Shown in pieces: positions 20,010 to 30,436 of a stretch of 64,000 nt of DNA. This stretch comes from Faecousia sp. (GTDB lineage Bacteria > Bacillota > Clostridia > Oscillospirales > Oscillospiraceae). Positions within the stretch are counted from its first letter, which is position 1. The number at the start of each line of letters is the position of its first letter. Under the pieces are notes generated by a model. That model was not told the DNA's origin and searched no databases. It saw nothing but the letters and a program-made list of their open reading frames with translations. A program made the translations under genes and the position numbers. The stretch is taken from contig JAZNGJ010000139.1 of the NCBI GenBank assembly GCA_045576415.1, forward strand, positions 50,007 through 114,006, written 5' to 3'.

Positions 20010-21257
20010 TTATTGAATATGTGGCTCCAGTTCCAGCCATTGCGGAAGCGTATCCGTCAGCGGAAACAGTTCCCCGTCCAGATTTGTAATATTGTGCCGG
20101 CGTCCCCGATGGGTTTTATTCTCTTCATAGACAACATTTTTTACATACAGATAGCTATTACCATTCTGTTCGGGTTCCAGAATATACCGCACCTGCGGAT
20201 CCGCAAGAGCCTGCGTCCGGGCAGCATCATAAGCGCCCGAAGCCGGATCATAACCGGATAAATCCACATAGTCCAGCTTGCTGAGCGCAAGCTTTCCCTC
20301 TTCATTCAGATCGTATATATTCTCATATGCGGCATCTGTACCGGAAGGAACGAACGCTGTTGTTTCTTCATTCAAAAGCAGGCCAATATCCTTATAGGCA
20401 ACTTCTGAGGAAAAGCGGCCCCTTTTCACACTACCGTGTACCCGCCGCAGCGCGTATGCATTGTAATCCCCCACATTTGGCTCAGACCAGGCAGTATGAA
20501 TAGAAAAATCCATTCGCATAGCCTGTTCGGAATCGTACTCCGAAGAAAATACACCCTCAAGGTAGGAAGAATCGGCTTGCACAGAATTGCCGTAAGAAAG
20601 GTAAAAAGTCGGGATCTGCACATTCAGAATGCGCATCACTCGGGAATCCCGGCCTTCCTTCTCCACATAGATCAGCGTAACGATCAGACGCTCTTCCGGG
20701 TCATAGTCATCTACCTTATCATTGTATACCTGCACGATCTTGCGGACAAACCGTAAGTAAACACCGCTTCCATCCGTCAAATCCTGCCCATCAAATACCG
20801 AAATCGCGTCACGCCTGAACACCAGATTCAGATCGTGCAGCTGATAGCCATTACCCTGCACGAAATTATCAGACAGGCAATCGCACACAGCAACAGCCGC
20901 ACCGATATAGTTCGCCTGCTGCAGTTTTTTAGATGCATTAGACAGCCCCTCCTTGAAAAAGGACAAGTCCAGTGTAGGGCTGACCGGTGGGAGCGTAGCT
21001 CCCTGACCCGTATATCCGGGGAGATCCAGCTCCGGTTTCTTCAAATCAATATCGCCAAACAGAAAACCGAAGCACAAATGCAGTGCCGCAAACCCAAAAA
21101 ACACAAACATCATCAGGTATTTTGCCCAGTTTTTCTTTTTGGCCGTTTTCGTACCGGGGCGGCTTTCCGGATACTCCTCCAGGACAATATGCTCTTCTGT
21201 TACAATGTATTCCTCCGGCAATCGGTTATGCTCCGTGGGATTTTGATACGGGCACAT
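20010..21257 (-). CDS. Hypothetical single-pass membrane protein
   Basis: 415-aa ORF, RBS AAGGAGTGA, one N-proximal TM after KKKN; no recognised domain. Confidence 0.7.
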   Translation of the reverse strand: MCPYQNPTEHNRLPEEYIVTEEHIVLEEYPESRPGTKTAKKKNWAKYLMMFVFFGFAALHLCFGFLFGDIDLKKPELDLPGYTGQGATLPPVSPTLDLSFFKEGLSNASKKLQQANYIGAAVAVCDCLSDNFVQGNGYQLHDLNLVFRRDAISVFDGQDLTDGSGVYLRFVRKIVQVYNDKVDDYDPEERLIVTLIYVEKEGRDSRVMRILNVQIPTFYLSYGNSVQADSSYLEGVFSSEYDSEQAMRMDFSIHTAWSEPNVGDYNAYALRRVHGSVKRGRFSSEVAYKDIGLLLNEETTAFVPSGTDAAYENIYDLNEEGKLALSKLDYVDLSGYDPASGAYDAARTQALADPQVRYILEPEQNGNSYLYVKNVVYEENKTHRGRRHNITNLDGELFPLTDTLPQWLELEPHIQ

Positions 21258-21261
21258 GGTA

Positions 21262-22497
21262 TCACTCCTTATTTCTTCCGCCAGAGGCTGCTATGCCGGC
21301 TGCATAAGCGGTAGCCCAGGCGATCTGCAGATTGAAGCCGCCGGTATATGCATCGCAATCAAGGATCTCTCCTGCAAAATACAGGCCCGATACCCGCTTG
21401 GATTCCATGGTCTTGGGGTCGATCTCCGAAACTTTGATACCTCCGGATGTAATGATTGCTTCCGCAACGGGTCTCTTACCGGTGATCTCCAGCGAGAAGC
21501 CCTTCAGCAGTTCCACCAGCGCCCGGCGCTGCTGCTTTTTCAGGCTGTTGGCCTGCATATTGGCATCGATCCCCAACCGCTCCAGCGCCACAGGGATCAT
21601 GGATCTGGGGAGCAGATCCGTCAAGGCGTTTTCCATAGAGCGGTTCTTATACATCTGAAGATCCCGCAGGATCCGCTCATCCAGCTTGCTTTCCTCCAGA
21701 GCGGGCTTCAGATCGATCACAAGACGGCAGTGTTCCCCTTTTAAATGGGCGCTGGCACTGAGCACCGTAGGGCCGGACACACCGAAATGGGTAAACAGCA
21801 ATTCCCCGAAATCCTGATACAGCACCTTCCCCTTTTCGCTCAGCAGCTTGACCGCCACATTACGAAGGCTCAGCCCCTGCATTTTAGGGCAATCCTCTCC
21901 CACCGTCTCCAGCGGCACGAGAGAACCTTCCGTGGAGGTAACAGTATGCCCCAGCGCAGCAGCCATGCGGAAACCGTCGCCGGTCGATCCTGTAGTTGGA
22001 TAGCTGAGGCCGCCGGTTGCAAGAAGCACATGGGAAGCAGTGTAACTCTGTTTCTCCGTCCGGACGCCGATAACCGCGCCGTCAGAGCACAAAATTTCCG
22101 TCACCCGTTCTGTCAAAACCGTAACGCCAGTTTTCCGTAATTCTCTTTGCAGGCACTCCAGAATCGACGCAGACCGGTCAGAAACCGGAAATACCCGGTT
22201 TCCCCGTTCCGTCTTCAGCGGGCATCCGTTCTTTTCAAAAAAGTCCATCACAGCTTTGGACGGCTGGGCTGCCATTGCGCTATATAGAAACCGGCTGTTT
22301 CTGGGGACATTCTGCAGCACTTCCTGCTCCGAGCAGTTGTTGGTCACATTGCAGCGGCCCTTTCCGGTGATCAGCAGCTTTTTCCCCAAGCGGTCATTTT
22401 TTTCCAACAGAAGCACCCGGCTTCCCTTTTCCGCCGCCGTAATGGCTGCATACATACCGGCAGGTCCGCCGCCGATCACGATCAGATCATACTTCAT
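21262..22497 (-). CDS. HI0933/BaiN-family flavoprotein
   Basis: GGGPAG, GKGRCNVTN, GELLFTHFGVSGP, TGGFNLQ. Confidence 0.93.
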   Translation of the reverse strand: MKYDLIVIGGGPAGMYAAITAAEKGSRVLLLEKNDRLGKKLLITGKGRCNVTNNCSEQEVLQNVPRNSRFLYSAMAAQPSKAVMDFFEKNGCPLKTERGNRVFPVSDRSASILECLQRELRKTGVTVLTERVTEILCSDGAVIGVRTEKQSYTASHVLLATGGLSYPTTGSTGDGFRMAAALGHTVTSTEGSLVPLETVGEDCPKMQGLSLRNVAVKLLSEKGKVLYQDFGELLFTHFGVSGPTVLSASAHLKGEHCRLVIDLKPALEESKLDERILRDLQMYKNRSMENALTDLLPRSMIPVALERLGIDANMQANSLKKQQRRALVELLKGFSLEITGKRPVAEAIITSGGIKVSEIDPKTMESKRVSGLYFAGEILDCDAYTGGFNLQIAWATAYAAGIAASGGRNKE

Positions 22498-23363
22498 GGT
22501 GTTTCCACCCGCTTTTGATAGACATTGTATTCTTCCCAGATATGCTCCAATTCATTAAAGGTCTTGGCAAGCTCCTTCTCTCTGTGGGATGCCAGCGCAA
22601 CGATCAGCGCATTGGTCACACTCAAGGGCGCCACCAGAGAATCCACCAGGGAGACCATATCGCTTTTGGTAAGCAGCACATGGTCGCAGTTCTGGCCCAG
22701 CGGCGACAGGCGGTTATCTGTCACACCGATCACCGTGGCACCGGTGGAGCGGCAGTACTGCGCGCCCTTGGCAGTTGTGGTGGAATACCTGGGAAAGCTG
22801 AAGGCAATCACCGCATCCTCCCGGCCCACACCAACGATCTGCTCAAACATCTCGCTGGCACCGGACGCGGTAATGATATGGACATTGGGGAACATATAGT
22901 TTAGGTAATAACCCAAAAAGCTTGCCAAAGTAGCGGCAGAGCGCACGCCCAGAATATAAATGCTCTTGGCATTTAAAACCGCATTCACCGCGTTTTGGAA
23001 TTCAGCCCGGTCCAATGTCTCTTTCGTCTGGTGGAGCTTGTCCATATCCGCCTGCAGCACCATAGAAACGATGTCCTGATTTGCAAGCCTGTCATGGGCA
23101 ACCTCGATCCGCTGGACGGATGTGAGACGGTTGACTACCATCTCCTGCATGGCTTTCTGCATGCTGGGATAGCCATCATAGCCCAATTCCACGGCAAAAC
23201 GAACCACAGTGGATTCCGAAACACCCACAGTCTTGCCGAGACGGTTTGCCGTCATGAATGCAGCTTTGTCGTAGGATTCCGTAATGTAGCGTGCGATCAA
23301 ACGCTGGCCCTTGGAAAAATCCCGGGCTTTTTCCTGTAGAAGCGCTAAAATGTCACTGTTCAT
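22494..23363 (-). CDS. RpiR/MurR transcriptional regulator
   Basis: VSESTVVRFA HTH plus SIS domain (FSFPRYS). Confidence 0.92.
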   Translation of the reverse strand: MNSDILALLQEKARDFSKGQRLIARYITESYDKAAFMTANRLGKTVGVSESTVVRFAVELGYDGYPSMQKAMQEMVVNRLTSVQRIEVAHDRLANQDIVSMVLQADMDKLHQTKETLDRAEFQNAVNAVLNAKSIYILGVRSAATLASFLGYYLNYMFPNVHIITASGASEMFEQIVGVGREDAVIAFSFPRYSTTTAKGAQYCRSTGATVIGVTDNRLSPLGQNCDHVLLTKSDMVSLVDSLVAPLSVTNALIVALASHREKELAKTFNELEHIWEEYNVYQKRVETP

Positions 23364-23449
23364 GCTGCTGCCCTCCGATCCGGTTTCTTGCATTTATGAT
23401 AGCAGAATTCCAATGCCTTTGCAAGATAATGAAGGAAAAATTGCAGGAC

Positions 23450-24157
23450 TTATTTCAGCCCTGCAACTTCATCTTCCGTTAAGTACCGCCATGCACCGCA
23501 TTTCAATGTGCCCAATTGCAGATTCCCCTCCGCAACGCGCACAAGGCGCAGCACATTCATGCCCGCCATGGCACACATTCTTCTCACCTGCCGGTTTCTT
23601 CCCTCGTGGATCACCACCTGCAGCACCGCCCTTCCGGTAATATCCGGGCCCTCGATCAATGTAGCTTCCGGCTTACGGATGGTATATCCGTCCAGAATTA
23701 CAGGCTGCTGCAGGCGGGCAAGCGCCCCATCGGAGTAGCCATCTACCGTGACCCGGTAGGTCTTATCCACCTCATGCTTCGGGTGCATAAGACTATTGGC
23801 AAAGTCCCCGTCATTGGTAAACAGCAGCAGCCCCTCAGAATCCATATCCAGCCGCCCCACAGGATACACACGAGTACCGCAGTCTGCCACCAGCTGCGCC
23901 GCGTCCCTACGTCCCCGTTCGTCGGAAAGGGTCGTCACATAGCCTCTGGGCTTATGGAGCATGATGTACACCTGCTTGCTTGCGGACGGAAGGGGTCTTC
24001 CGTCCAGCAGGATCTTGTCGGTATCCGGGTCGGCACTGTCGCCCACTGCGGCTATGCGGCCATTGACCATGACCCGGCCTGCAGCGATCCATTCCTCCGC
24101 TTTTCTGCGGGATGTGATGCCCCGGGCCGACAGTATTTTCTGCAATCGTTCCTTCAT
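23450..24157 (-). CDS. rluB: 23S rRNA pseudouridine synthase (RluB/RsuA family)
   Basis: S4 domain ERLQKIL, VGRLD, EGRNRQVRRM. Confidence 0.88.
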   Translation of the reverse strand: MKERLQKILSARGITSRRKAEEWIAAGRVMVNGRIAAVGDSADPDTDKILLDGRPLPSASKQVYIMLHKPRGYVTTLSDERGRRDAAQLVADCGTRVYPVGRLDMDSEGLLLFTNDGDFANSLMHPKHEVDKTYRVTVDGYSDGALARLQQPVILDGYTIRKPEATLIEGPDITGRAVLQVVIHEGRNRQVRRMCAMAGMNVLRLVRVAEGNLQLGTLKCGAWRYLTEDEVAGLK

Positions 24158-25248
24158 TGTCTGTCACCAAACCATTTGTCCCAAAAGTGTTTCTTTTTCG
24201 GCGGCTGCTCCTGCTCCACCGTCTGGGAATAGACGATGGGCACCTTGCCCACAGCGGTATCCCCGATGCAAATATAAGCAAAACCTGCCTCCTTCCCCTG
24301 CACCACCGGCGCATAGGTAAAGCCGGGGCCGGAAAGGATGATCTGGGGCTTCTCATCTTCTGCCAAAGGAAAAGAAAAATCCTCCGCCGCCAACAGCTGC
24401 ACCTTCCCCGACTGTCCGCCGGCGATCTCCACGGTGCCCACCGGCTCCCCTTCCGAAAGGATCTGCTGTAAACGGTATTTAGAAAAACCATTCTCCAAAA
24501 GGCTGGCGTGATCCTGCCAGTCATTGCCATCGTTGATGGTAACGCAGACTAATCTGCGTCCATCTCTGGTTGCGCTGGATACCAGGATCCGCCCTGCCGC
24601 TTTGGTAAACCCGGTCTTGATGCCGTCAGTCCCCGCAACACGCCACAAAAGCTTATTGTGGTTTGTCAAACTGCGCTGTCCGATCTTGATGCTTTTTGTC
24701 GATACGGTCTGGGCAAAGATGGGATTCTTCATGGCATAGGCAGCGAGCGTCGCCAGATCCCGGGCTGTGGAATAATGGCCGGGGCTGTCCAGCCCATTTG
24801 GATTTTCAAAATGGGTTCCTGTCATACCTAGCTGACGGGCTTTGTCGTTCATCAGCCCAGCAAATCCCTCCACTGTGCCGCCGCAGTAAATGGCAAGAGC
24901 CACCGCGGCGTCATTGCCGCTGTGAAGCATTAATCCATACAGCAGTTCCTGCAGTGTCAGCACTTCTCCCTCACGCAGGTAGATGGAAGAGCCTTCAATG
25001 CCCACCGCTTCCTTGGGGATCTGCATCCGGTCCAGTACATTGCACTGCTCGCAGATGATCAGCGCCGTCATGATCTTGGTGGTGCTGGCAATCAAACTGC
25101 GGCTGTCCGCATCTTTTTCATACAGCACCCGTCCCGTATTGGCATCCGTTAGGATGGCCTTTTGCGCAGAGATCGCAGATACCTGCAGCGGTAAAAGCAG
25201 GACGGCAGCCAGAAAAAGGGCTGTCGTCCGCCAAAGAAATCGTTTCAT
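24154..25248 (-). CDS. D-alanyl-D-alanine carboxypeptidase (DacB/DacF-like)
   Basis: ASTTK, SGND, KTG motifs; signal peptide. Confidence 0.92.
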   Translation of the reverse strand: MKRFLWRTTALFLAAVLLLPLQVSAISAQKAILTDANTGRVLYEKDADSRSLIASTTKIMTALIICEQCNVLDRMQIPKEAVGIEGSSIYLREGEVLTLQELLYGLMLHSGNDAAVALAIYCGGTVEGFAGLMNDKARQLGMTGTHFENPNGLDSPGHYSTARDLATLAAYAMKNPIFAQTVSTKSIKIGQRSLTNHNKLLWRVAGTDGIKTGFTKAAGRILVSSATRDGRRLVCVTINDGNDWQDHASLLENGFSKYRLQQILSEGEPVGTVEIAGGQSGKVQLLAAEDFSFPLAEDEKPQIILSGPGFTYAPVVQGKEAGFAYICIGDTAVGKVPIVYSQTVEQEQPPKKKHFWDKWFGDRQ

Positions 25249-25264
25249 ACACTTCACCCGGCAT

Positions 25265-25293
25265 TAGTGTGACCGGGAATAGGCATTTTATTC
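25265..25293 (-). promoter_or_regulatory. Possible sporulation (SigG/SigF-type) promoter for the carboxypeptidase
   Basis: GAATA-N17-CACACTA on the minus strand just upstream of the gene. Confidence 0.4.
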
Positions 25294-25683
25294 CGCTTTC
25301 TGATTCATGCGGGAGTCGATAAATGCCGAGATCTTATCCAGCGCATCGGGGATCTGCTCGACGATGCGGTCTGCCGTGGTATTGGCAGGGGTCGCCACCG
25401 GAAGCATGCGGACACTGCCCTCTTTGACGATCAGAAACGCCACAGGAGTCACCTTAACGCCGCCGCCTGCGCCGCCGCCAAAGGGATGGTTATCCAGCTT
25501 GTTCAAATTCTTGGAAACGTAATCGGAACCGCCGCCGCCAAAACCGACACTGACCTTGGAAACGGGAATGATGGTTATACCGTCGGCAGTGGTGATGGGA
25601 TCACCGATCACGGAATTCACATCCACCATCTCACGGATTTTCGCAATGGCATTTTCCAGCATGTTGGAAGTATTCTGACTCAT
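25288..25683 (-). CDS. ytfJ: Sporulation protein YtfJ/GerW
   Basis: IIPVSKVSVGFGGGG, PFGGGAGGGV, PVAFL. Confidence 0.92.
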   Translation of the reverse strand: MSQNTSNMLENAIAKIREMVDVNSVIGDPITTADGITIIPVSKVSVGFGGGGSDYVSKNLNKLDNHPFGGGAGGGVKVTPVAFLIVKEGSVRMLPVATPANTTADRIVEQIPDALDKISAFIDSRMNQKAE

Positions 25684-26291
25684 TAATGTGCACCGCCTTT
25701 TCTTAGTTTCGTGATTTTCAGTAATTCCTTAAGGGCCCGGCTGCCATGACGGACCAACTGTACGAGCAGCCAACCAAGGGTAATGGTCAAATCCAATCTT
25801 GCAATGATCAGTGTTTTTTCTTCCACAAAATCGCAATGGACCTGAATATCTTTTTTCTTAATTACGAAATACCGCTCCAGCTGTGGATCCAGCGCAGCCA
25901 CAGCCGCGCAGGCTTTGCCATAGTTGACAGCCAGATCGCAGGGATCGCCGCCCGCCAATGTGATTTTCAACTCCAGGATCTTCACCCGAAGCTTCCGGCG
26001 AAAATCCGCAAGGAAATCAAAGACGATCCGCACCAGCGGAAGAAAGTCCGTAACGCTGCCGCCCTTTTTCTCTGCCTGATTGGCTGCAGTGGCAGCGGCA
26101 TTTTCCTCTTTCTTGGCTTCCTTTGCAGGTTTTTCCCTTTCTTTGGCTTTCTTTTTGCCGGGAATGAGTTTCAGCCGCACAGGGCCCGCAATGACCCACA
26201 GCTGCGCACCGTCGGCATCATATCTGGCACTGATGCCCAAAGGCAGCACCGCAAGCAGCACGATCACCGCCAATGCGATCAGCCAGCCCAT
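25683..26291 (-). CDS. DUF2953 (YtfI-like) protein
   Basis: N-terminal TM, GDPCDLAVNYG; directly upstream of ytfJ. Confidence 0.75.
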   Translation of the reverse strand: MGWLIALAVIVLLAVLPLGISARYDADGAQLWVIAGPVRLKLIPGKKKAKEREKPAKEAKKEENAAATAANQAEKKGGSVTDFLPLVRIVFDFLADFRRKLRVKILELKITLAGGDPCDLAVNYGKACAAVAALDPQLERYFVIKKKDIQVHCDFVEEKTLIIARLDLTITLGWLLVQLVRHGSRALKELLKITKLRKGGAH

Positions 26292-26869
26292 CAGACTTCC
26301 TCCGCAGCCGCAGCCGCCTGCTCCATGGTCATCTGTTCTTCTGTGGGTTCGCCGAAATTGATCTTCTCAATGGGCGGCAGTTCATCAAGACTCTGCAGGC
26401 CGAATGTACGCAAAAAGTCCGGCGTTGTCCGGTACAGAATGGGTCTGCCGGGCACGTTCAGCCGCCCTGATTCTTCGATCAACTTTTTATTCAGCAGGGC
26501 CGCAACGCTATACGAGCTGTCCACACCGCGGATCTGCTCGACCATAGCCTTGGTAGCCGGCTGGTAATAGGCAACGATGGTTAAAGTTTCCAACTGGGAA
26601 GAGGAAAGCTTGGGAGGCTTTCTCGTTTCCAGTGCCTTGGTTACATAGTCTACCATTTCGCCGGAGGATACCATCTGGTAGCCCTTTTCCAGCTTGATAA
26701 TGCGAATGCCCCTGCGCTCAAAGGAAAGGGCACCTGCCAGTGCATCGGCAGCATCTTCGATATCCGCTTCATCCGTTTCCAGCACAAAAGCCAGTCTGGA
26801 GATATCCACACGCTCGCCTGCGGCGAACAGGATCGCTTCAATGGCCCGCTGTAATTCAGTTTGTTCCAT
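26291..26869 (-). CDS. scpB: SMC-Scp complex subunit ScpB
   Basis: IEAILF, LETLTIVAYYQP, RGVDS, FLRTFGL. Confidence 0.95.
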   Translation of the reverse strand: MEQTELQRAIEAILFAAGERVDISRLAFVLETDEADIEDAADALAGALSFERRGIRIIKLEKGYQMVSSGEMVDYVTKALETRKPPKLSSSQLETLTIVAYYQPATKAMVEQIRGVDSSYSVAALLNKKLIEESGRLNVPGRPILYRTTPDFLRTFGLQSLDELPPIEKINFGEPTEEQMTMEQAAAAAEEV

Positions 26870-27665
26870 CCGCAGTCACCTCTGTGTTGACTTTTGTTTC
26901 ATCCAGCAGTCTGACGCTGGGATCCTCGCCGGAATTGTCGTCTTCCAATCTTACCGAACCGGTCTTGCACATCTCCAATACGGAAATAAAGGTTGCCACG
27001 ATCTCCGAACGGCTCCGGTTTCCTTTGAACAGGTTTTTCAGTTTCTCAACGCCCCGCAGGATCAGCCGCCGCAGGATCTCACCGGTCTTACGGCTTACGG
27101 GGTAGACTTCCTTGCCAACGATACCCTTAAAATTCACGGTAGGCGGCGGCAATCGGCGCTGATTCCGCTCTGCGATCTCATCCAGCGCCCGCAGAAGATC
27201 CGTTACTTCATGCTGATAGCGGTAGTTCTGCTCCTTGCGCAGCGGCTCCGGCTCCTTGGTAAACAGGCATCTGCCGATCTCATTGCGGGGCTCCAGCCAG
27301 GATACCGCCGTGCGAACCGATTCCATTGCTTCCTTTCGCTGGCGCTCCACCAGTGACTGCCGCAGCAGATCCAGCTCACTCTGCGCCTCCGCCGCTTCCG
27401 CCGCAGACAGCAGCATTTTCGTTTTGATCAGCATCAGATGAGAGGCCATAGTGATAAATTCACTGGCGATCTCCATATCCAGACGCTTCATTTCATCCAG
27501 ATACGCAAGGTACTGCTCCAGAATCGCGGTTATGGAAACATCCTGGATCTCTATTTTATTTTTACTCAGCAGCAGAAAAATAACATCCAGCGGCCCCTCG
27601 AAGTCCTCCATTTGCTCTGAACGGGTGCGGACGATACCTTCCAGCCGGTATTGTGGTTCTCCCAT
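26856..27665 (-). CDS. scpA: Segregation/condensation protein A
   Basis: FEGPLD, SEFITMASHL, TFISVLE. Confidence 0.93.
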   Translation of the reverse strand: MGEPQYRLEGIVRTRSEQMEDFEGPLDVIFLLLSKNKIEIQDVSITAILEQYLAYLDEMKRLDMEIASEFITMASHLMLIKTKMLLSAAEAAEAQSELDLLRQSLVERQRKEAMESVRTAVSWLEPRNEIGRCLFTKEPEPLRKEQNYRYQHEVTDLLRALDEIAERNQRRLPPPTVNFKGIVGKEVYPVSRKTGEILRRLILRGVEKLKNLFKGNRSRSEIVATFISVLEMCKTGSVRLEDDNSGEDPSVRLLDETKVNTEVTADGTN

Positions 27666-27831
27666 AAACGCTCCTTGAACACTACTTACCCATAATAATT
27701 GACTGTATTATAGCACCGAAACCGAAAGCATGCAAGTGTTTCCCTGAAAAACGGCAAAAAATACGCGAATACTTGCTTTTCCGTCAAAATTATGATATAA
27801 ATGTGATAGAAAACAACAGGAGGGATTCTAT

Positions 27832-28122
27832 ATGGCAAACCGCAGCCGCTATAAAGACCTGGAGCAGTACATGACCATCAGCCTGATCGCGTCGGCAGCA
27901 GACTTTATCCTGTATCTGATCTTCGCCGGCACAGGAATTATTTGGCTCAAGGTGATCACCGCTATTTTTGCCATTTTGATGCCGGTTTTATGCCTTGCCC
28001 TGCTGTATTTAACCAAAGAACTTCTGAAACAGCGCAGTCTTTGGCTGACTGCCGGCTTTTTCGGCATCTTTTTGTGTACTGTGGTGTCTTTGATCGCCAA
28101 CTTCCCCAGCCCCGCCGTTTGA
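27832..28122 (+). CDS. Small 3-TM hypothetical membrane protein
   Basis: RBS AGGAGG; three hydrophobic segments. Confidence 0.75.
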   Translation: MANRSRYKDLEQYMTISLIASAADFILYLIFAGTGIIWLKVITAIFAILMPVLCLALLYLTKELLKQRSLWLTAGFFGIFLCTVVSLIANFPSPAV

Positions 28123-28136
28123 TCATTAAAATGTTT

Positions 28137-28168
28137 CTCCCTGCAGCATATCGCTGCAGGGAGTTTTT
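28137..28168. terminator. Terminator between convergent genes
   Basis: CTCCCTGCAGC...GCTGCAGGGAG followed by TTTTT. Confidence 0.7.
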
Positions 28169-28658
28169 ATTGACTGCACAGAGTACAGCAGTTGCTGAAA
28201 ACAGAACCGTCCGCGTACACGGCATGCTCCAGGATCCTGCGAAAGCCGCATTTTTCGTGGGTGCGCAGGGATGCCGTGTTTCGTTTTCCCACATGGGAAT
28301 AAATCTTTCTATCCCCCACAGTCTGCAGTACCGCCGCCACAAGATCCGCAGCATAGCCCTTTTTTCGCTGACAGGGCATAGTTTCCAGTGCTTCCAGAAG
28401 CAAGCCATCCTGATAAGGCTCCAGCCGCAGGGCGCTGACATACTTCCCATCCACGATCCAGACGCAGTACTGTGCTCCATCCGTTCTGAAAAAGCATTCC
28501 TTCAGATACTGATGGAAGCTTTGCTCCGCCAGAAGAAGCCACTGCTCCTTCGGCTCATGGGGAAAGAACTCCGCAGCGTTCTCCAGATTTCCTTCCTCAT
28601 AGACATCCATCAGCTGCCGGAAGTCCAGATCCTTCAGTTTATGTGCGACAAACAGCAT
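28167..28658 (-). CDS. GNAT acetyltransferase
   Basis: QRKKGYA, NTASLRTHEKCGF. Confidence 0.85.
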   Translation of the reverse strand: MLFVAHKLKDLDFRQLMDVYEEGNLENAAEFFPHEPKEQWLLLAEQSFHQYLKECFFRTDGAQYCVWIVDGKYVSALRLEPYQDGLLLEALETMPCQRKKGYAADLVAAVLQTVGDRKIYSHVGKRNTASLRTHEKCGFRRILEHAVYADGSVFSNCCTLCSQ

Positions 28659-28669
28659 CCTGTTCCTCC

Positions 28670-30436
28670 TTAAATGGCATACTGGCTTTGATACAGCCGG
28701 TGATAAAATCCCTGCTTGTTAAGAAGCTCCTTATGTGTTCCCTGCTCCACGATATGTCCGTGATCCAGCACCAGAATCACATCCGAATCCACGATGGTGC
28801 TTAAGCGGTGGGCAATGACGAAGCAGGTCTTTCCCTTCATCAGCTCATCCATAGCCTTTTGAATCAGCACCTCGGTTCTGGTATCCACATTGGAAGTCGC
28901 CTCATCCAGGATCAGCAGCGGTTTGTCCGCCAGGAACGCCCGGGCAATGGTCAAAAGCTGCTTCTGGCCGCCGGAAAGGTTCGTGGTATCCTCACCGATG
29001 ACGGTATCATACCCATCGGGCATGGTGCGAATAAAATGGTCGCAGTAAGCTCTGCGGCAGGCGTCCTCCACTTCTTCCCGGCTGGCACCCGGCTTGCCAT
29101 AGGCCACATTTTCGAGGATCGTGCCCCGGAACAGCCAGGTATCCTGCAGAACCATACCAAACTGCTCCCGCAGCGCATCTCTGGAAAGCTCTGCCGTATT
29201 TCTGCCATCCAGCAAAATGGTTCCGCTGTCGATATCATAAAACCGCATCAGAAGATTGACGATGGTCGTCTTTCCCGCACCGGTAGGGCCGACGATGGCC
29301 ACATTCTGCCCCGGTTGAACCTGTAGATTCAGATCCTCGATCAGCGGCTCCTCTTTGGTATAGGAGAAGCCCACATTCCGGAACTCGATCCTGCCCTTTA
29401 CTTCTTCCTCCGGTGAATCCCCGGAAGTTTCCTCTTCCTCCGCGTCAAAAATGGCAAAAACTCTGCGGGCCGAGGCTTTGACATGGTTCAGGTTTGCAAA
29501 GCCCATGGCGATCTGCTCCAGCGGGGACGCAAACTGCCGGGCGTATAAAACGATGGTCACCACCACGCCCACACTGACTCCGCTTTTCAGCATCAGCAAT
29601 CCGCCGATCAGATTGATGAGAATATAGGCAAGGGCATTGGAAAACTTGATCAGCGGCTGCACAACAGAGCCTGTAAAATTGGCCTTCGCCGTGGAATCAT
29701 ACAACTTTTGATTGACTTTGGTGTGCTTTTCCTGGGTGTATTCCTCCAGGTTATAGGCTTTTGTAGTGGGATAATTGGAAAAGGATTCCTCCACCAGTTC
29801 TGTCAGCTTGCCGGAAGCAGCAAACATATCATCGTAGTGCTTCTCGCTGATACCGGCGATCTTGGAAGACAGGAGCATGGAAAGTGGTGTCAGCAGCACC
29901 ACAAAGCATGCAAGGATCCAGTTCTCCAGGAACATGGCCACCGCGATCATGACGATCTGAAAGATCCCCTTGACCATAATGTCAAAGATCTGGTGTACAT
30001 ATCCGCCGATCTCCGACACATCCCCGGTCATGCGGCTGAGGATATCGCCCACCGGTGTCTGATCCACATATTTCACCGGCAGGCGCTTGATCTTTTCCGA
30101 GATCTTGATGCGGATATTGCAGGTAAAGTGACGGCTGACCACCTTGTTCATCAGCAGCATATTCAGCCAACTGAGAAGCCCATGGGCACCGTAGACAACC
30201 ACCAGAACCCAAATTCCTTCCAGCAGTGCGTCTGCCACGGTTCCGACCCTTCCGCCGTCCCAGTAATCATACAAGATCTGCACCAGACCGCCAAGGATCT
30301 CCGGCGCCGCCACTGCGCACAAGACCGCCAGAATATCCAGCACCGCCCCCAGCGCAAGCCAGAGCGCAATGGGCTTTGCCTCTGCCGCCAGACGCATAAT
30401 CGTATTATCCTTTTCCTTTTTTACAGTCTTTTTCAT
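28670..30436 (-). CDS. ABC exporter subunit (TMD+NBD), consensus site
   Basis: GPTGAGKT, LSGGQKQ, LILDEATS, IAHRL. Confidence 0.93.
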   Translation of the reverse strand: MKKTVKKEKDNTIMRLAAEAKPIALWLALGAVLDILAVLCAVAAPEILGGLVQILYDYWDGGRVGTVADALLEGIWVLVVVYGAHGLLSWLNMLLMNKVVSRHFTCNIRIKISEKIKRLPVKYVDQTPVGDILSRMTGDVSEIGGYVHQIFDIMVKGIFQIVMIAVAMFLENWILACFVVLLTPLSMLLSSKIAGISEKHYDDMFAASGKLTELVEESFSNYPTTKAYNLEEYTQEKHTKVNQKLYDSTAKANFTGSVVQPLIKFSNALAYILINLIGGLLMLKSGVSVGVVVTIVLYARQFASPLEQIAMGFANLNHVKASARRVFAIFDAEEEETSGDSPEEEVKGRIEFRNVGFSYTKEEPLIEDLNLQVQPGQNVAIVGPTGAGKTTIVNLLMRFYDIDSGTILLDGRNTAELSRDALREQFGMVLQDTWLFRGTILENVAYGKPGASREEVEDACRRAYCDHFIRTMPDGYDTVIGEDTTNLSGGQKQLLTIARAFLADKPLLILDEATSNVDTRTEVLIQKAMDELMKGKTCFVIAHRLSTIVDSDVILVLDHGHIVEQGTHKELLNKQGFYHRLYQSQYAI

